DNA of 64,000 nt from Octopus sinensis (Eukaryota): the NCBI RefSeq assembly GCF_006345805.1, contig NC_043001.1, forward strand, positions 49,104,001-49,168,000, written 5' to 3'. The notes beneath the pieces were generated by a model, which was given only the letters and a program-made list of their open reading frames with translations, was not told where the DNA came from and made no database searches. The position numbers and the translations under genes are program-made. This document shows, in pieces, positions 1-26,600 of the stretch. How positions within the stretch are numbered: the first letter of the stretch is position 1; each line of letters begins with the position of its first letter.

Positions 1-339
1 TCCATTTTGCCCACTGGGACCATGAGGCGGATTGACAAGTCTTATGTCTCTTAAACATAATGTCTATCAATACAACATTCTATTCTGCAAAAAGATGGAT
101 CCTGCATTGACCAAATCCTGGAATGAGAGCCTTTTTAATAGGCTGCTTGCCTGCTGAAGGAACCTGTCACTCATCTCTTCAAATAAAAGTTTACTGTCTG
201 GCAAATATCCATTGCCACATACGTTAACATTCTCTCAAATTGTACTTCTTATTTAAAATCCAAAAAATATTGTTATCAAGCCAGTTATGCTTTATTTATT
301 TGTGTCACATTTTTCTATCTCTTTCTCTCTGTCTCACAG

Positions 340-13226
<12,887 letters not shown>

Positions 13227-16200
13227 GATAATGAATTTGAACAAATAGACTGTCACATATTATTCAGAAGAACAGAAGATATCTTGATGATGATATTGTT
13301 TTGAAGAAAATAAAAATTAATAACAAAAGAAGTAAAAACAACAAAATATTAATTTTTAATTAAAATAAAAAAAACTGTCCAGTTTATTAAAAAAAAGATA
13401 AAAGTTTCAGTTTGTCATTTCATTTTGCTAAAAACAGATATTTTCATAATTTAAACTTCTGATTTAAAAAAAAATTTTCCAATAAGCTGACTAGTTTATA
13501 TTGAAACTTATTTAAAATATATTTAGAATATAGGGGCAAGCATGTGGTAAGAAAGCAGCGAGCTGGCAGAATCGTTAGCACGCTAGGTGAAATGCTTAGA
13601 GGAATTTTGTCTGTTGCTACGTTCTGAGTTCAAATTCCGCCAAAGTAGACTTTGCCTTTCATCCTTTCAGGGTTGATAAATTAAGTACCAGTTATGCACT
13701 GGGGTCAATGTAATCGACTTAATCCATTTGTTTGTCCCCTTGTGGGCAATAAAGAAATAAGAGGCTTAAGCTGACCAGTTATTGAAACTTATTTAAAATA
13801 TAGGAGCAGGCATGGCTGTGTGGTAAGAGGCTTGCTTCCCAATTACATGGTTCCAGGTTCAGTCCCACTGCATGACACTTTGGGCAAGCATCTTCTAATA
13901 TAGCTTCAGGCCAACCAAAGCCTTGTCAGTGGATTTGGTTGACAGAAATTGAAAGAAGCCTATAGTATGTATCATACAACTGTGTGTGCTTTTGTGTTTA
14001 TTTGCATCCTACTACATCTATTTCTTTACTGCCCACAAGGGGCTAAACAATATGTGCATTTCTGATCATGAACAGGAGTAGTGGGGGAGCATCACAGCCA
14101 TATATTGAGAGGGATTCTTTGGGGGTTTGAATAAATGTAATAAAAGCAAAATTTCAAGGAAATATTAGCCATCTTTCATACCTTCTAGGGGTAAGCAAAT
14201 AGAAAATAAGTTATTGCCCAAGGACAAAAATCATGTTACATAGTGTAATATATGGATGTTTGTGTGTGATAAGTTTAATATAACATGGACTGTAGACTAA
14301 AGTAAGCATATCAAGTAATACATTTGCAAAGAAATGAGTAGTTTTCAGGGATCGAAACTACAAATGAAAAAGAGTATGTAATCAATGAAAGGAAGTCTGT
14401 GTATTATTGCAAGAAATCCCAAGGATTTAATTGCATGGATTGCATTTGTTACATGCTTCATGGTCATGGCAGATGAGGAAGTATCTTACTGGAACACTGG
14501 TTGAAGAGTTGCTCAGGATGACCCAAGCAAATACTGGTAAGTGGTGGATACGGTGATGTGCTGCTATGTGACACACAAGCCTATATCTAACCTGATTTGA
14601 TTGAATACTTTTGCATACACACACACATCTAAGAAAGGATTCATATTCACACCTACTTATCTAGGCAGTCATCTCTAGACATATTTACATACATATACAC
14701 ACACATAGGAGATCAATGAATGAATATGTCCATCAGCATTGATCATCACCATCATCATCATTCATGCTGGCATGGGTTGGACGGTTTGACAGGAGCTGGC
14801 CAGCCAGGGAGCTGTCCATACTCTAATTTCCTGTTTTGGCATGGTTTCTATGGCTGGATGCTCTTCCTAATGTGAGCCACTCAACAGAGTATGCTGGGTG
14901 CTTCTTTATGTGTCACTGATTGGGTGCGTTTATGCAGCACAAGTGCATCTTATGTGGGACCAGTGTGAGTGCATTTTACATGGCACCAGCACACCTGCAA
15001 TGGACATGCCTGTATGTATGGATGACTGTGATTTTACTTAGCTTCATGGGTTTTCTCAGGTACAACAAATCACCACAACTCCTGGTCCCTTGTCATTTCT
15101 TCAGTAAGAATTTTTATTTGATTTTTCTAAATAGTTTTTCTCTTTATCATATAACAAGAAACTAGTGTAGATTAGAGAGAAAGAAAGAGAGGCTGTATAA
15201 TTAAAGGAAGAAACATCAGTATATTGTTGGTACTTGCTTTATTCACCCATTAATACATACTGTTTTCAAAACAGGACTTTCAGAAAAATTACAGAATATG
15301 AAATATTGTATAATTAATTGCATAAATAACCCTGTATAACAATTTTTTTTTGTCTTTGGTCAGTAAGTGTTATTTCTTATTTGATTCTATCTAGGATTCA
15401 AAGGAAATGACTACTATTCCCTTCAAACTTTGCTTTTGTCACCTGGACATCAATGTTTACAAGCTGATCTATTTTCCATTACATTTCAGACAGATTCAGT
15501 ACTGAGTTGCTGAAGGAGAAATATTGCTATAGCAAATATTCTGTTTAATACCACAGATTTGTTTGTCAGTTGCTTGACATTAACCACTTGAGCATGTTCC
15601 TTAGTGGCTAACAATATGCGCATTTGTGATTATGAGCAGGAATAGTGGGGCAGCATCATAGCCATGTGTTGAGGCTTGAATAAATATCATAACGAAAGCA
15701 AAGTTTGAAGGAAATAGCCATTTTTCATATTTTCTAAGGGTACACAAATAGGAAACATGCTACCTAAGGATAAAAATCGTGTTACACAGTGTATTTCAAC
15801 AACATCATAATCATTATTGGATTAATGCTCACTTTTCCATGCTTGCATGAGTCAGATGGAACTTGTTGAGGCAGATTTTTCTATGGCCAGATGCCCTTCC
15901 AGTTGTCAACAGGTTTGTTTCCAAGCAAGGTAATAAATATTAGGCCCTGGTCAGGTATGTTTTCACCGAAGATTGAAAATGAATGACACAGCTTGTAAGA
16001 TAGTGCTTGTTTACAATTAATGCATGATGTCAAGAGAAGAGGATACAAACCCAACACTCTTACACACACAAATACAAATATACACATGTGAAAGGGATCT
16101 TTCAGTTTCCATCTACTAAACCCACTCATAAAAACCTTAATGTAATATAGTAATTACGAGAACTAAACTTTATAGCAATTACAAACTAGAGCAGTGGTCC

Positions 16201-17655
16201 CCAGGCACTTTGGGATTCTACCCCTTGACAACCAGGTTGCATTTCTCCCCTCCCATCCTACCACCATCACAAACATAGACCACTTTCTGAAACAAATTCA
16301 AAACAACTGTATTTCATTAATAAAACTTAATCTAATTAACCCATTATTTTTTGCTGATTTTAATCCATTGCTTCAGTTTGGTTACCCCACCATCACCCTA
16401 CTGATCCTTCCACTTCCCTCCAGGGGAAATACTGAGCTAGATTAACAAGGAATAAAAACTAAATACTGTTAACAACTCAATCTGTCACTACCATGGTAAA
16501 TCTCACTGATAATGATTGAGCATTAATAGCAGGACCTGAAATTGATTGATATGGGATCATCTGTATATTACTTGTGAATTTCATTTACAAAAGGTATGCT
16601 AATCTTCTATTTTTGCTCATTTCCTCACTTTCACCTGTGCATATGAGTGATTTAAATGATTTACAGTTGTTTTGACTTCTATTTCTAGCATGTTGGTACT
16701 TTTCCCAGTACCCTTCATTATAGTTGTATATTATAGACTTATATGAATTTTTCCGTCTATGGTTTTAAAGCATGCTAGCCACTGACATTATTGTTATTAT
16801 TTTATAATAATAATTTTATTCTTTATATATCATCATCATCATCATCATCGTTTAACGTCCGCTTTCCATGCTATATATATATATACATACATACACAACA
16901 GGCTTCTTTAAGTTTCCGTCTTCCATATCCACCCACAAAGCTTTGGTTGGCCTGAGGCTATTGTAGAAGACATGTGCCCAAAGTGTCATGCAGTGGGACT
17001 GAACTCAGAGGTATGTGGTTAGGAAGCAAGCTTCTCACCACACAGCCATGCATACATACATACATGCACATAAACAGATACTTATATACACAAATATATA
17101 TACAAACACACACATAAATACATACATACACAAAAAATACATAAACAAGCTAATCAGCTGAAAAAATTTAAAGAAATAAAAAATTTTAAGCAAATCATCA
17201 AACAAATAATTTCACTTTTCATATAATTTCTATGAAAGATTGCCAAATATTAAATTTCTTGAACATACTTGCTGCTGTAATGGAACTAGGATATTATAAT
17301 AGAAAGCCAGATGTAAAATTTTAGAGATAGTATAGTATTATTTGGTGTAATATAGTCTCATTTAGTGTAATACAGTTTAGGCTTGTTTGGTAATGTGTAC
17401 AACATTATATTGCCTGAAATGGTTGCAATATGACTCTGACTAAAGCAGTTGTCAAATCAAACAATTTACACAAAATTATGTCAATGTTAACAGTTTGTTG
17501 CCCTCCTTTTGTTGATGTGCTGTTTAAATAAATGCCTGACAAATGACACAAGCTGTCATAGTGGTTGACAAGAACTGTGGCAAAAAAAAAAATGTCAAGG
17601 AAACTAGGTTGTCATTATGAAGCTTTCCTTCCATGAGGAGTTCATATATATATAT

Positions 17656-18054
17656 AAGTTCAGCAAAAATTTAGATTCAAATGAATATGGTACTTAATTT
17701 AGATGCACCAGAATTCTGTATGGTATTATCCATAAAAATCCGTGGGGTGATTATAATCAAAATAAGCAACAAGAATGTCTCCGGTACAATCATTTCGTAC
17801 TACATCATTTTATTAAATGTTGTAAGTATTACAACAGTTTTAAAATGCTGAGCACTCATCAGCCAATTATAGAGGTTTTCCATTAATACAAAAATTTACA
17901 TATCATTTGATATGAACATTTTTGTATTAATGGAAAACCTCTATAATTGGCTGATGAGTGTTCAGCATTTTAATACTTACAACATTTAATAAAATGATGT
18001 AGTACAAAACGATCGTACCAAATTACCGGAGTCATTCTTGTTGCTTAGTTTGAT
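17656..18054. mobile_element. Short copy of the same foldback element
   Basis: Same 96-bp leader and arms as 921-1926, with the centre collapsed to catatca-tt-tgatatg; flanked by (TA)n. Confidence 0.85.
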
Positions 18055-19141
18055 ATATATATATAAATGTTTGTCTTTATGTTCAATCAAAATAAATATA
18101 ATTTTACATTAATCTGGTGGGTTACTTTATATGTCTCTAGAGAACAAATTTATTATTTTTAAACAAGAATGTTGCTGACAGTGACTTTGAAGTTTTGACC
18201 TGCCTACAATGGCATAGCTGGTTGAAACTTCGAAGTCTGCCAACAACATTCTTGTTTAAGAATAATAACTATACATATGTATATATGAGGGGTACAAAGA
18301 CTTCCATACACATGCACATTTACGCATGTCAGACTTTTAGTTTCCCTCTACCAAATTCACTTATAAGGCTTTGGTCAACCAGAAGCTATAGTAGAAGACT
18401 ATAGTGGAAGGCCTGTCCAAGGTGCTGCACAGTGGGACTGAACCCGAAGCTACATGGATGGAAAGCAAACTTCTTACCCTCATAGCCTTGCCTGCACCTA
18501 TTTTTTTTTTTTGTGGTTCACCCAGTGTGAGGAGGTAAAGTCATGGGAAAGGGGAATGCATAAAGGTGTAAAACGGTGTTTTATGTAATGGAATTCAAGG
18601 GAGGTAGATTGCATACAGACATGACCAAAAGAGAAACTTGTGGGAAGCACAGAATGTCATGGGCATTCATAGAAAACATACTGTCACAACTGGAAAATGT
18701 GTGAGAAATACAATATCACAAGTTAAAGATGTGGGAAATACAATACCATAAGTAAAAAAGAAAAAAATGTGGGTAAAAACTGTAATTCCACAAGCAGAAA
18801 CTGTAAGAAATAGAACAGAGATGGTGTCATCAAAATACTGTAGAGGAAAAGCAAGTATGAATACTGTATAATGGGTAAATAAGGATCACATATTTGGAAG
18901 TGATGGTAGATGAAGGAGAATGAGAGACCACTAAAACTGGCCTTGAGGAGAAGATGAATGAAATTCAATGAAAACTGGCCAATGTCGTTATACACACATT
19001 CCCCTATATATATATATATATATACATACACAGTTATGCATACATAGATATAGGTGTGAGGCGTATACTGTTGTTCATTAAAGAAAATGTAAGGGTGAAG
19101 TTGGTGGTAGAACAAAGGGAATGAAAGTTAATGACTTCATT

Positions 19142-19217
19142 TCATTTTTTATCGGTCATCACCATGTTGTGTGTGGCTCTCATGATGACAGGTAGGCACA
19201 TATTGTCTTGATGACAC
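19142..19217 (-). CDS. AP5Z1: AP5Z1 terminal coding exon
   Basis: Poly-T ccag acceptor; CHQDNMCLPVIMRATHNMVMTDKK*, comparable to the recalled human C-terminus RYHRDANTALPLALRTV. Confidence 0.88.
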
Positions 19218-21589
19218 CTGGAAAAAAAAAAAAAAGCAGTTGGTTTAAATCCTGAGAGAGAGAAAAATGGAAAATTAATACAGAAAATAATACTTTTTGC
19301 TGCAGGCATAATGCCTGAAATTTTAGGGGAGGACAATACTTGATTACATTGATTCCAGTGCTTAAATGGTACTTATTTTATTGACCCTGAAATGATGAAA
19401 GACAAAGTTGACCATGGCAGTATTTGAACTCAGAATGTGAAGACAGACAAAATGCCACTAAACATTTAGCCCTGTGTGGTAAAGATTCTACCAGCTTGCA
19501 GCCTTTTAATACCAACATAATAAAATATCTATAATATGAAATGGTTAATCCAGTATCCCTCAGCCAGAATGGTAACTCCCTTGCATAAGAGAAAGAGAAG
19601 GCATAGTCAGCTCTCAAGGGTCAATGAATATCAAAGAGATACTGAGTGCTTAGAAGAGTAATTATTTTTCTTAGAAATAAATTAATTAAACTTGGTATAA
19701 TACTTATACTTTAAATAGCATTTTTAAAAATAATCTTTGTCACGATAAAAATGTATGGCATGTTGTCTGTGAGCAAATGTTCTCTTTAGGGACAGTCATT
19801 TTTTTGCCAAATAGCATGTATTCTTATTTGGCAAAAAAAAAAAAGACCATCCCAAAATATAACAACATACTAATAATACTTGTGCATCTTGAAACATATG
19901 CTATTCAAATTTTGCTATACATAAAGTTTGATTAATAAAACTTTGATTTTTTCAAAATTATTAAACTTTAAACTAGTTTTTTAAATAACATTCCAAGTGA
20001 AGGACATCAGAAATTTTTTATATCTCCAGTGGATCATACTGTCAAAAAAACTGAGTCTCATTAGTCTAAAGTGATTCAGGCAAACTAATTTAGGTAGACT
20101 TGTGCTCATTAACAAGAAACACAGTAATGCAATGGTTAGAGTGAAATCTGAACACATGACTGTGTTTTGTAGATAATTTTGCTAAGTTCATATAATGTGC
20201 AGAAATGAGAATCTTCAGCTTTTAAGCAAAGTTGTTCAAAGAGAAAATATATATTTTTTAACCCTTTGGTATTCAGGTTGCTCTGTCGAATAAAAGGCTT
20301 ATTTATTCACATTGTTCTGAATTAATCATCGTTATCTTGAAACTACAAGATCTCGATGACGGGATTGTTTATTTTTAGAACGATATTGTAGGGTAGATGT
20401 AAGAGGCTAGATCTGGCTGGCTTGAACATAACAAAGGTAAAATATTTGGGCTGGATATGGTTGGTTTCAATGTAAAAGGGTCAAAGCTATGAAAATTACT
20501 GTCTTAAGTCCTAAGACTCATAAGGCTGGTTGCTTGGTTTCTATGGTGTATAAACGACCTAGATAATAACATTTCCTCTGAAGAGGAGACCACTCCATCG
20601 TAGGATCACTCATTTTTGCCAGCTGAATGATCTGGAGCGACATGAAATGAAGTGTTTTGCTCAAGAATACAATGCACCATCCAGTCCAGCGATTAAAACC
20701 ACTGTCTTACAATCATGAGTCCAACATGCTAACCATTGGGCCAAGCACTTTCACAGTTAAATTTATGGTAGCACTGGAAACATACATTTGATGAAAAAAG
20801 AATCCCAGAAATAAAAGGGTTACTGGGCAAAAAAGGTACAGCTAGGAAGTCAATGGCTAGAGCAATAAAATAAGGTGTTGGAGAAAGATGTGATTAGTTC
20901 ATGATGAGCTGTGTATATTTCTAGACTCACTAGCCAAACCCTTGCAAAAGATATATTTGCCTGCAACCTAACCTTTACTAAGCTTTACTCTTGTGCAATG
21001 TAGGTATGATAGTTTTAATATGAAGACTAAAGTAAAGCTTACCTGCCATTTTGAATCTCAGAGGATGGGTTCAATATCACAGAGGCAAAACTGTGGAGGA
21101 GAGATAAATTATATAAGTAAATATTACTATGTTGATCTCAGTTGTACTGGAAGGGAGAGAGAGAGAGAATCAAGATGGAACATGAGAAAGTAGGTAGGTA
21201 TGTGTGTGGGTACATAGAAGACTAAAGATATATGTGAGTGGAAATATGATTATTGATATTTAAAGCTGTGTCACCGAAGGAAGGTAAAAATGAATGGAAC
21301 AATGGTGGATATTAATAAACAGATAGAGAGGTAGGTAGGAGCAGAGACAGACAAGTAAGTAGAGGGCTCAGACAGGTAGGTACATAGAGGCTCAACAAAA
21401 CAACAAGGATATTGAGACCCAGACAGATAGAGAGGCAGAGACTCAGAGAGATAAGTAGATAGATAGCTCAAACAGAGAGGTATGTATGTAGAGGCACAGA
21501 CAGACATGTGGGTAGAGACTCAGACAAATGGGTAAGTAGAGATTCAGACAGCCAGGTAGGGAGGTAGAAATAAACAAATACATACAAAC

Positions 21590-21625
<36 letters not shown>

Positions 21626-22012
21626 TGTGAGGGTAGAAAGAGACAATAAATAGACATATATATATATATATATATATCAATAATAACAAAGGGTAAAATT
21701 AATTAATTAAGAAGTAATCAATAATTTCACCAAGTAGAATTCAGCATGAAAAAAGGACCATTTCATGGTAAACTTAAGTAATACTAAATAATTAGGGTTC
21801 AGCAAAGATTTGCTTTACCACATACCGAAGTTTAGAAATAGCAGCCAAAAAACGTTAGCTATTTCTTTTACTTTAAAAAGGGACTCCCAGAAAAACCAAA
21901 ATACTTGAAAACAATCCACACAGGCAGAGAGGAAGAAGTAACGTTTTTTGGCTGCTATTTCTAAACTTCGGTATGTGGTAAAGCAAATCTTTGCTGAACC
22001 CTAAATATTTAG

Positions 22013-22058
<46 letters not shown>

Positions 22059-23590
22059 CACACACAAAGAGATAGATATAGACAGAGTAGCAAACAGAAT
22101 GTAGAGAGATGAAAAAAAAATTAGAGACTTACTTTGTAAAGCTGAATAAGTTAATATATTCCTGTGCAGTACTCAACAGTGAATTACGTGTATCTCTAGG
22201 TAGGTTATTAGGAGTACACAGTTGGCTGTACACCTTACCTAGACAAAGAACAGCACGAGGGATGAGGTCTTGACACCGAGAAGCCAGCTGGGAAGCAAAA
22301 GAAAATAGAAAGAGTAAAAAATGAGAGTTAGTAAGATAGTATATATATATATGACAGGCTTCTTTCAGTTTCTGTCTACCATTCACAAGACTTTGGTTGG
22401 TCTGAGGCTGCAGTGGAAGGCACTTGCCCAAGGTGCCACGCAGTGGGACTGAACCTGGAACAATGTTGTTGGGAAGCAAGCTTCTTACCACACAGCCACG
22501 TCTGTGCCTATACTATATATTTTTACATATTTACGTTCTTGATTCTATTTAGCCTAGAGGAAAGTAAGGATTTATCAAAAATTTAAATTTACAGCAGGCA
22601 TAGCTGTGTGGTAAGAAGATTGTTTTCCAACCTTATGGTTTTGGACAGCATAGCAATTTGAGCAAGTGTCTTTTACTATAGTCCCAGGTTGACCAAAGCC
22701 TTCTGTGTGGATGTGGTTTTAAGGAAACTGAAGACGTCTGTTGTGTATGTGTATATATACATGAGTGTATGTATGTGTGTGTGTGTGTGTATGTATTTGA
22801 CCACAACACCACTTGACAACCAGTGTTGGTTTGTAAAAGAATAAGTTCTTGGCTTAAAGTGTTGAAAGACAGGCTTCTTTCAGTTTCCATGTTACCAAAT
22901 CCATTCACAAAGTATTGGCTGGCCTGAGTTTTAGTAGAAGACTCTTGCCCAAGGTGCCACACAGCAGTAGGACTGAACCTGGAACCATGTCGTGGTTGGG
23001 AAGCAAACTTCTTACGACACAGCCATGCCTGGTGCCTGAAGTAAATAGTTTTGACACAGTCTTGAGAAAAGCAGAGAGTAAGGAAAAGGAAAGAAAGAAG
23101 AAGGGAAAGAAAGAAAGAAACAAACAAACCTTTGCTGTGGCTGACATAAGAATGGACATGAGGCGTGGTGGGAATTCTTCATCTGTGGTTAATGTCAATG
23201 TGGTACTGGACCACTCATACATCAGTGTCTCTAGAACTTCATAGTACTTTGATATGATTTTAGCAGAACAGTTGTTATCCAGACTACAGCTGCAGAACTC
23301 TCCAACACTCCAAACCTGACCAATAATTCAAGAATATTCTGATAACAAAAATGGCAACAGCAATAACAGTAGAGGCAATGGTGGTGGCAACAATTATTTC
23401 AAGAATGACAATAACAGTGGTTGAGTTTCACATAGGAGTGGTTGTGTGATAAGTAGCTTGTTTACCAACCACATGGTTCCGGGTTCAATCCCAAAGCGTA
23501 GCACTTTGGGCAACTGTCTTCTACTATAGCCTCGGGTCGACCAAAGCCTTGTGAGTGGATTTGGCAGACGGAAACTGAAAGAAGCCCGTC

Positions 23591-23645
<55 letters not shown>

Positions 23646-26600
23646 TGTGTCTGTGTTTGTCCCTCCAACATCACTTGACAACCAATGCTGGTGTGTTTAT
23701 GTCACCGTAACTTAGCAGTTCGGCAAAAGATACTGATAGAATAAGTACTAGGCTTACAAAGAATAAGTCCTGGGGTCGATTTGCTCGACTAAAGGCGGTG
23801 CTCCAGCATGGCCACAGTCAAATGACTGAAACAAGTAAAAGAGTATATACACACATACGCTACAACATTGTTATATTAGATCAAAAGCACATGGCTCAGT
23901 GGTTAGAGTATTTAGCTGATGGTTATAAGGTTGTGAGTTCGATTCCTGGCAACGAGCTGTGTCCTTGAGCAAGACACTTTTTGTCATGTTGTTCCAGTTC
24001 ACACAGTTGACAAAAATGAGTTGTATCTGTATTTGAAAGGACAAACCTTGTTACACCCTGTGTCATGATGAATCTCCCTGAGAACTACATTAAGGGTATA
24101 TATGTTTGTTAATTTCATGTGCAGGCTGTTCTGTTGATTGGATCAAGTGGAACCCTTGTTGTAACAGATTGAGTGCCAATATAGTATGGTAAGATTATAT
24201 GTTTGTGTGTGTGTCTGTGTGTCCATATGTGTCGATTACAATAAAGTTGTTTTACCAGATGCATAAAGAATCTGTCATCCTTCATATTGTGTGTATTGAT
24301 GAGGTAATCAATAATTTCTCCTCTCTGCTTGATCACGATATAAGGATAAAGTTTTAGCAGCTTCACTATGTAGTCAGCAAACAATCTGAAATACAACAAT
24401 AGATAATTTAGGTGTAGCCAGTGGTCAAACATTCTTATGTCTTGTGATTTAACACTTTCACATCATGACTAAACACGCATACATCTAGTGGCTAAATGCC
24501 CAGATACCAAGTAATCACACACACACACTGAGGATATTTAAAAGACTGCAAGTGAGAGATGAGAACCGGTCAATAATAACCAGTGAACCAAGACAGTTAT
24601 TGGCAAAATTGATTTCTCCAGAACATGATTCTAGATAAAAAATGCTGACAAACATGAATTTAACATATTTCTGCAAACACAAACTTAATCGTAGGAAGAT
24701 ACCATAACTATAATAACTTTTCTACTAACTCTGCCTTCAATCTTTCTGTCTTTTATCAGCTCTGCTCTAGCCCCTTTCAGTAACCTTCCTGCCTGATCCT
24801 TTCTGTATTTCTTCCATCTTTTCTTCGAGTCCCTTTCAACCAGCTTTTTTATCCATCCTCAGCTGGCACCACATCCTCCAGCAGTCATTTCTGCACCCCA
24901 CCATAACACCTGTTTCAATTATCTGCCACCAAACTTTTCAGCAGTTCTCACCCACCTACATCCACCAGCCCAGCCTGCTCTCTTTTCCTCCAGTACTTTT
25001 TAGCAGCCCTGCCTCCAGTTCCTGCACTCAACTCTACTTGCAGGCTTTATCCCCATTGCTTTCTAGGAGCCCAGCCTCCAGCTTCTGCACTCAGTCATAC
25101 CTTCAGCTGTTCCCTGCAGTAATTTCCACCAGTTTATACCTCCAGCTTCTGCGTTCAGTTGGAACTCCAGCATTTGCCTCTAGTACTTTTCACCAGCCCA
25201 TGTCTCCAGATTTAACACTTAGCCCTACCTCCAGTTTTTTCTCTACTACTTTCTATCAGTTCATGCCTCCAGCTTCTGCACTCAGCTCTACCTTCAGCTG
25301 TTTCCTCCAATAATTTTCAAGCAGTCCTGCCTCTAGCCCTTCCAACCAGCCCTGCTGCCAGTTCTTTTCCTCTCATGCTTACTCCCAATCTTATCTCCAG
25401 CTTTTACCTTGGCTCCAGACTTTTTCCTCAGGCTTCTCATTCTCAAAACAAAGAACATTAAAAACAGAAACGTAAGCAATGAAGTTTTCTTACTTCCTGA
25501 CATTTCTCTTGTATCCAGGAACATCGTAGAGCAATGAGACCCTCTCTAAAAGGACTGATACCAAACAGGATGTAAACTCCTCGCTGCCATCTTCCAGAAT
25601 CACAGAAAAATACACACTGTAATAGAAAAAGAAAACTGGGTGTTATGAGAATGGTGGTGATGGTGGTAGTGGTCGTGGTGATGATGATAGTATTGATACT
25701 GGTGGTGATGGTGAGAATGATGGGGTGGTGATATGTAGTTGATACATAAAAGTGTGCTGTTACTACATAATCAAAGACATTCCAGTCATGATTCTCTCCA
25801 TGACTTTTTTTCCCAGTGTATCTCCAATTGAGCCATCTGTATTTGTGATAGAAGGGTGTGATTTAAGGGAGATTTAGCTGCTCTTGGTGTATGAAGGTAG
25901 TCATGGTTACAGTGCTGAAAATTACTGTTGTTTTGGAGGTGGTGGTGAAGTAGTGGTAATGTACAGTGATAGTGGTGGCAGTGTTGATGTATGGTGATGG
26001 TGGTCATGAGCAGAGATGGGTGCAGTAGTGTTGTTATATGGAAATAACAAAGGCAGTGCTGATATTAATAGTAAAAATTATCATAATCAATACAAAAACA
26101 ATAAATATAAAGCATTAGTGTATGTATGTATGTATATATATCTATGTATATCTCATCATCATCATTTAATATCTGTTTTCCATGCTGGTATGGGTTGGAT
26201 GGCTTGGCAGGAACTGGCAAGACCAGGGGCTGCACCAGGTTCCATAGTCTGTTTTGGTTTGGTTTCTATGGCTGGATGCCCTTCCTAATGCTAACTACTT
26301 TACAGGGTGTACTGGGTGCTTTTTACGTGGCATCATCACCAGTGCTTTTTATGTGGCACCAGAACCTGTGCTTTTTATGTGGTACCAGCACTAGTGCTTT
26401 TTTACATGGCAATAGCACCAGTATTTTTTATGCGATGCTAGCATCCACACTAATGCTTTTTGAGTGGCACCTTGGTTTTAGGATCTCAATTCTGTTGTGG
26501 TGGGCGAGTCTTCTTGAGTACAGCAATGTCTCAATATATATGTTAGTTTGACAGATTCATTAAGAATCAAGACACATCAATATGTAAGATGCGACCAACT

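Noticed and set aside
1-300. Upstream coding exon of the OGFR-like gene or another gene
   Set aside because: Short open frames exist on both strands but I found no convincing splice pair or recognisable motif
14430-14560. Plus-strand exon ending at AAATACTG|gtaagt
   Set aside because: Good donor but no convincing acceptor or recognisable product
16500-16633. Possible alternative last exon of AP5Z1 (GESEEMSKNRRLAYLL*)
   Set aside because: Weak acceptor; the phase required by exons 17/18 gives an immediate stop; a good terminal exon already exists at 19142-19217
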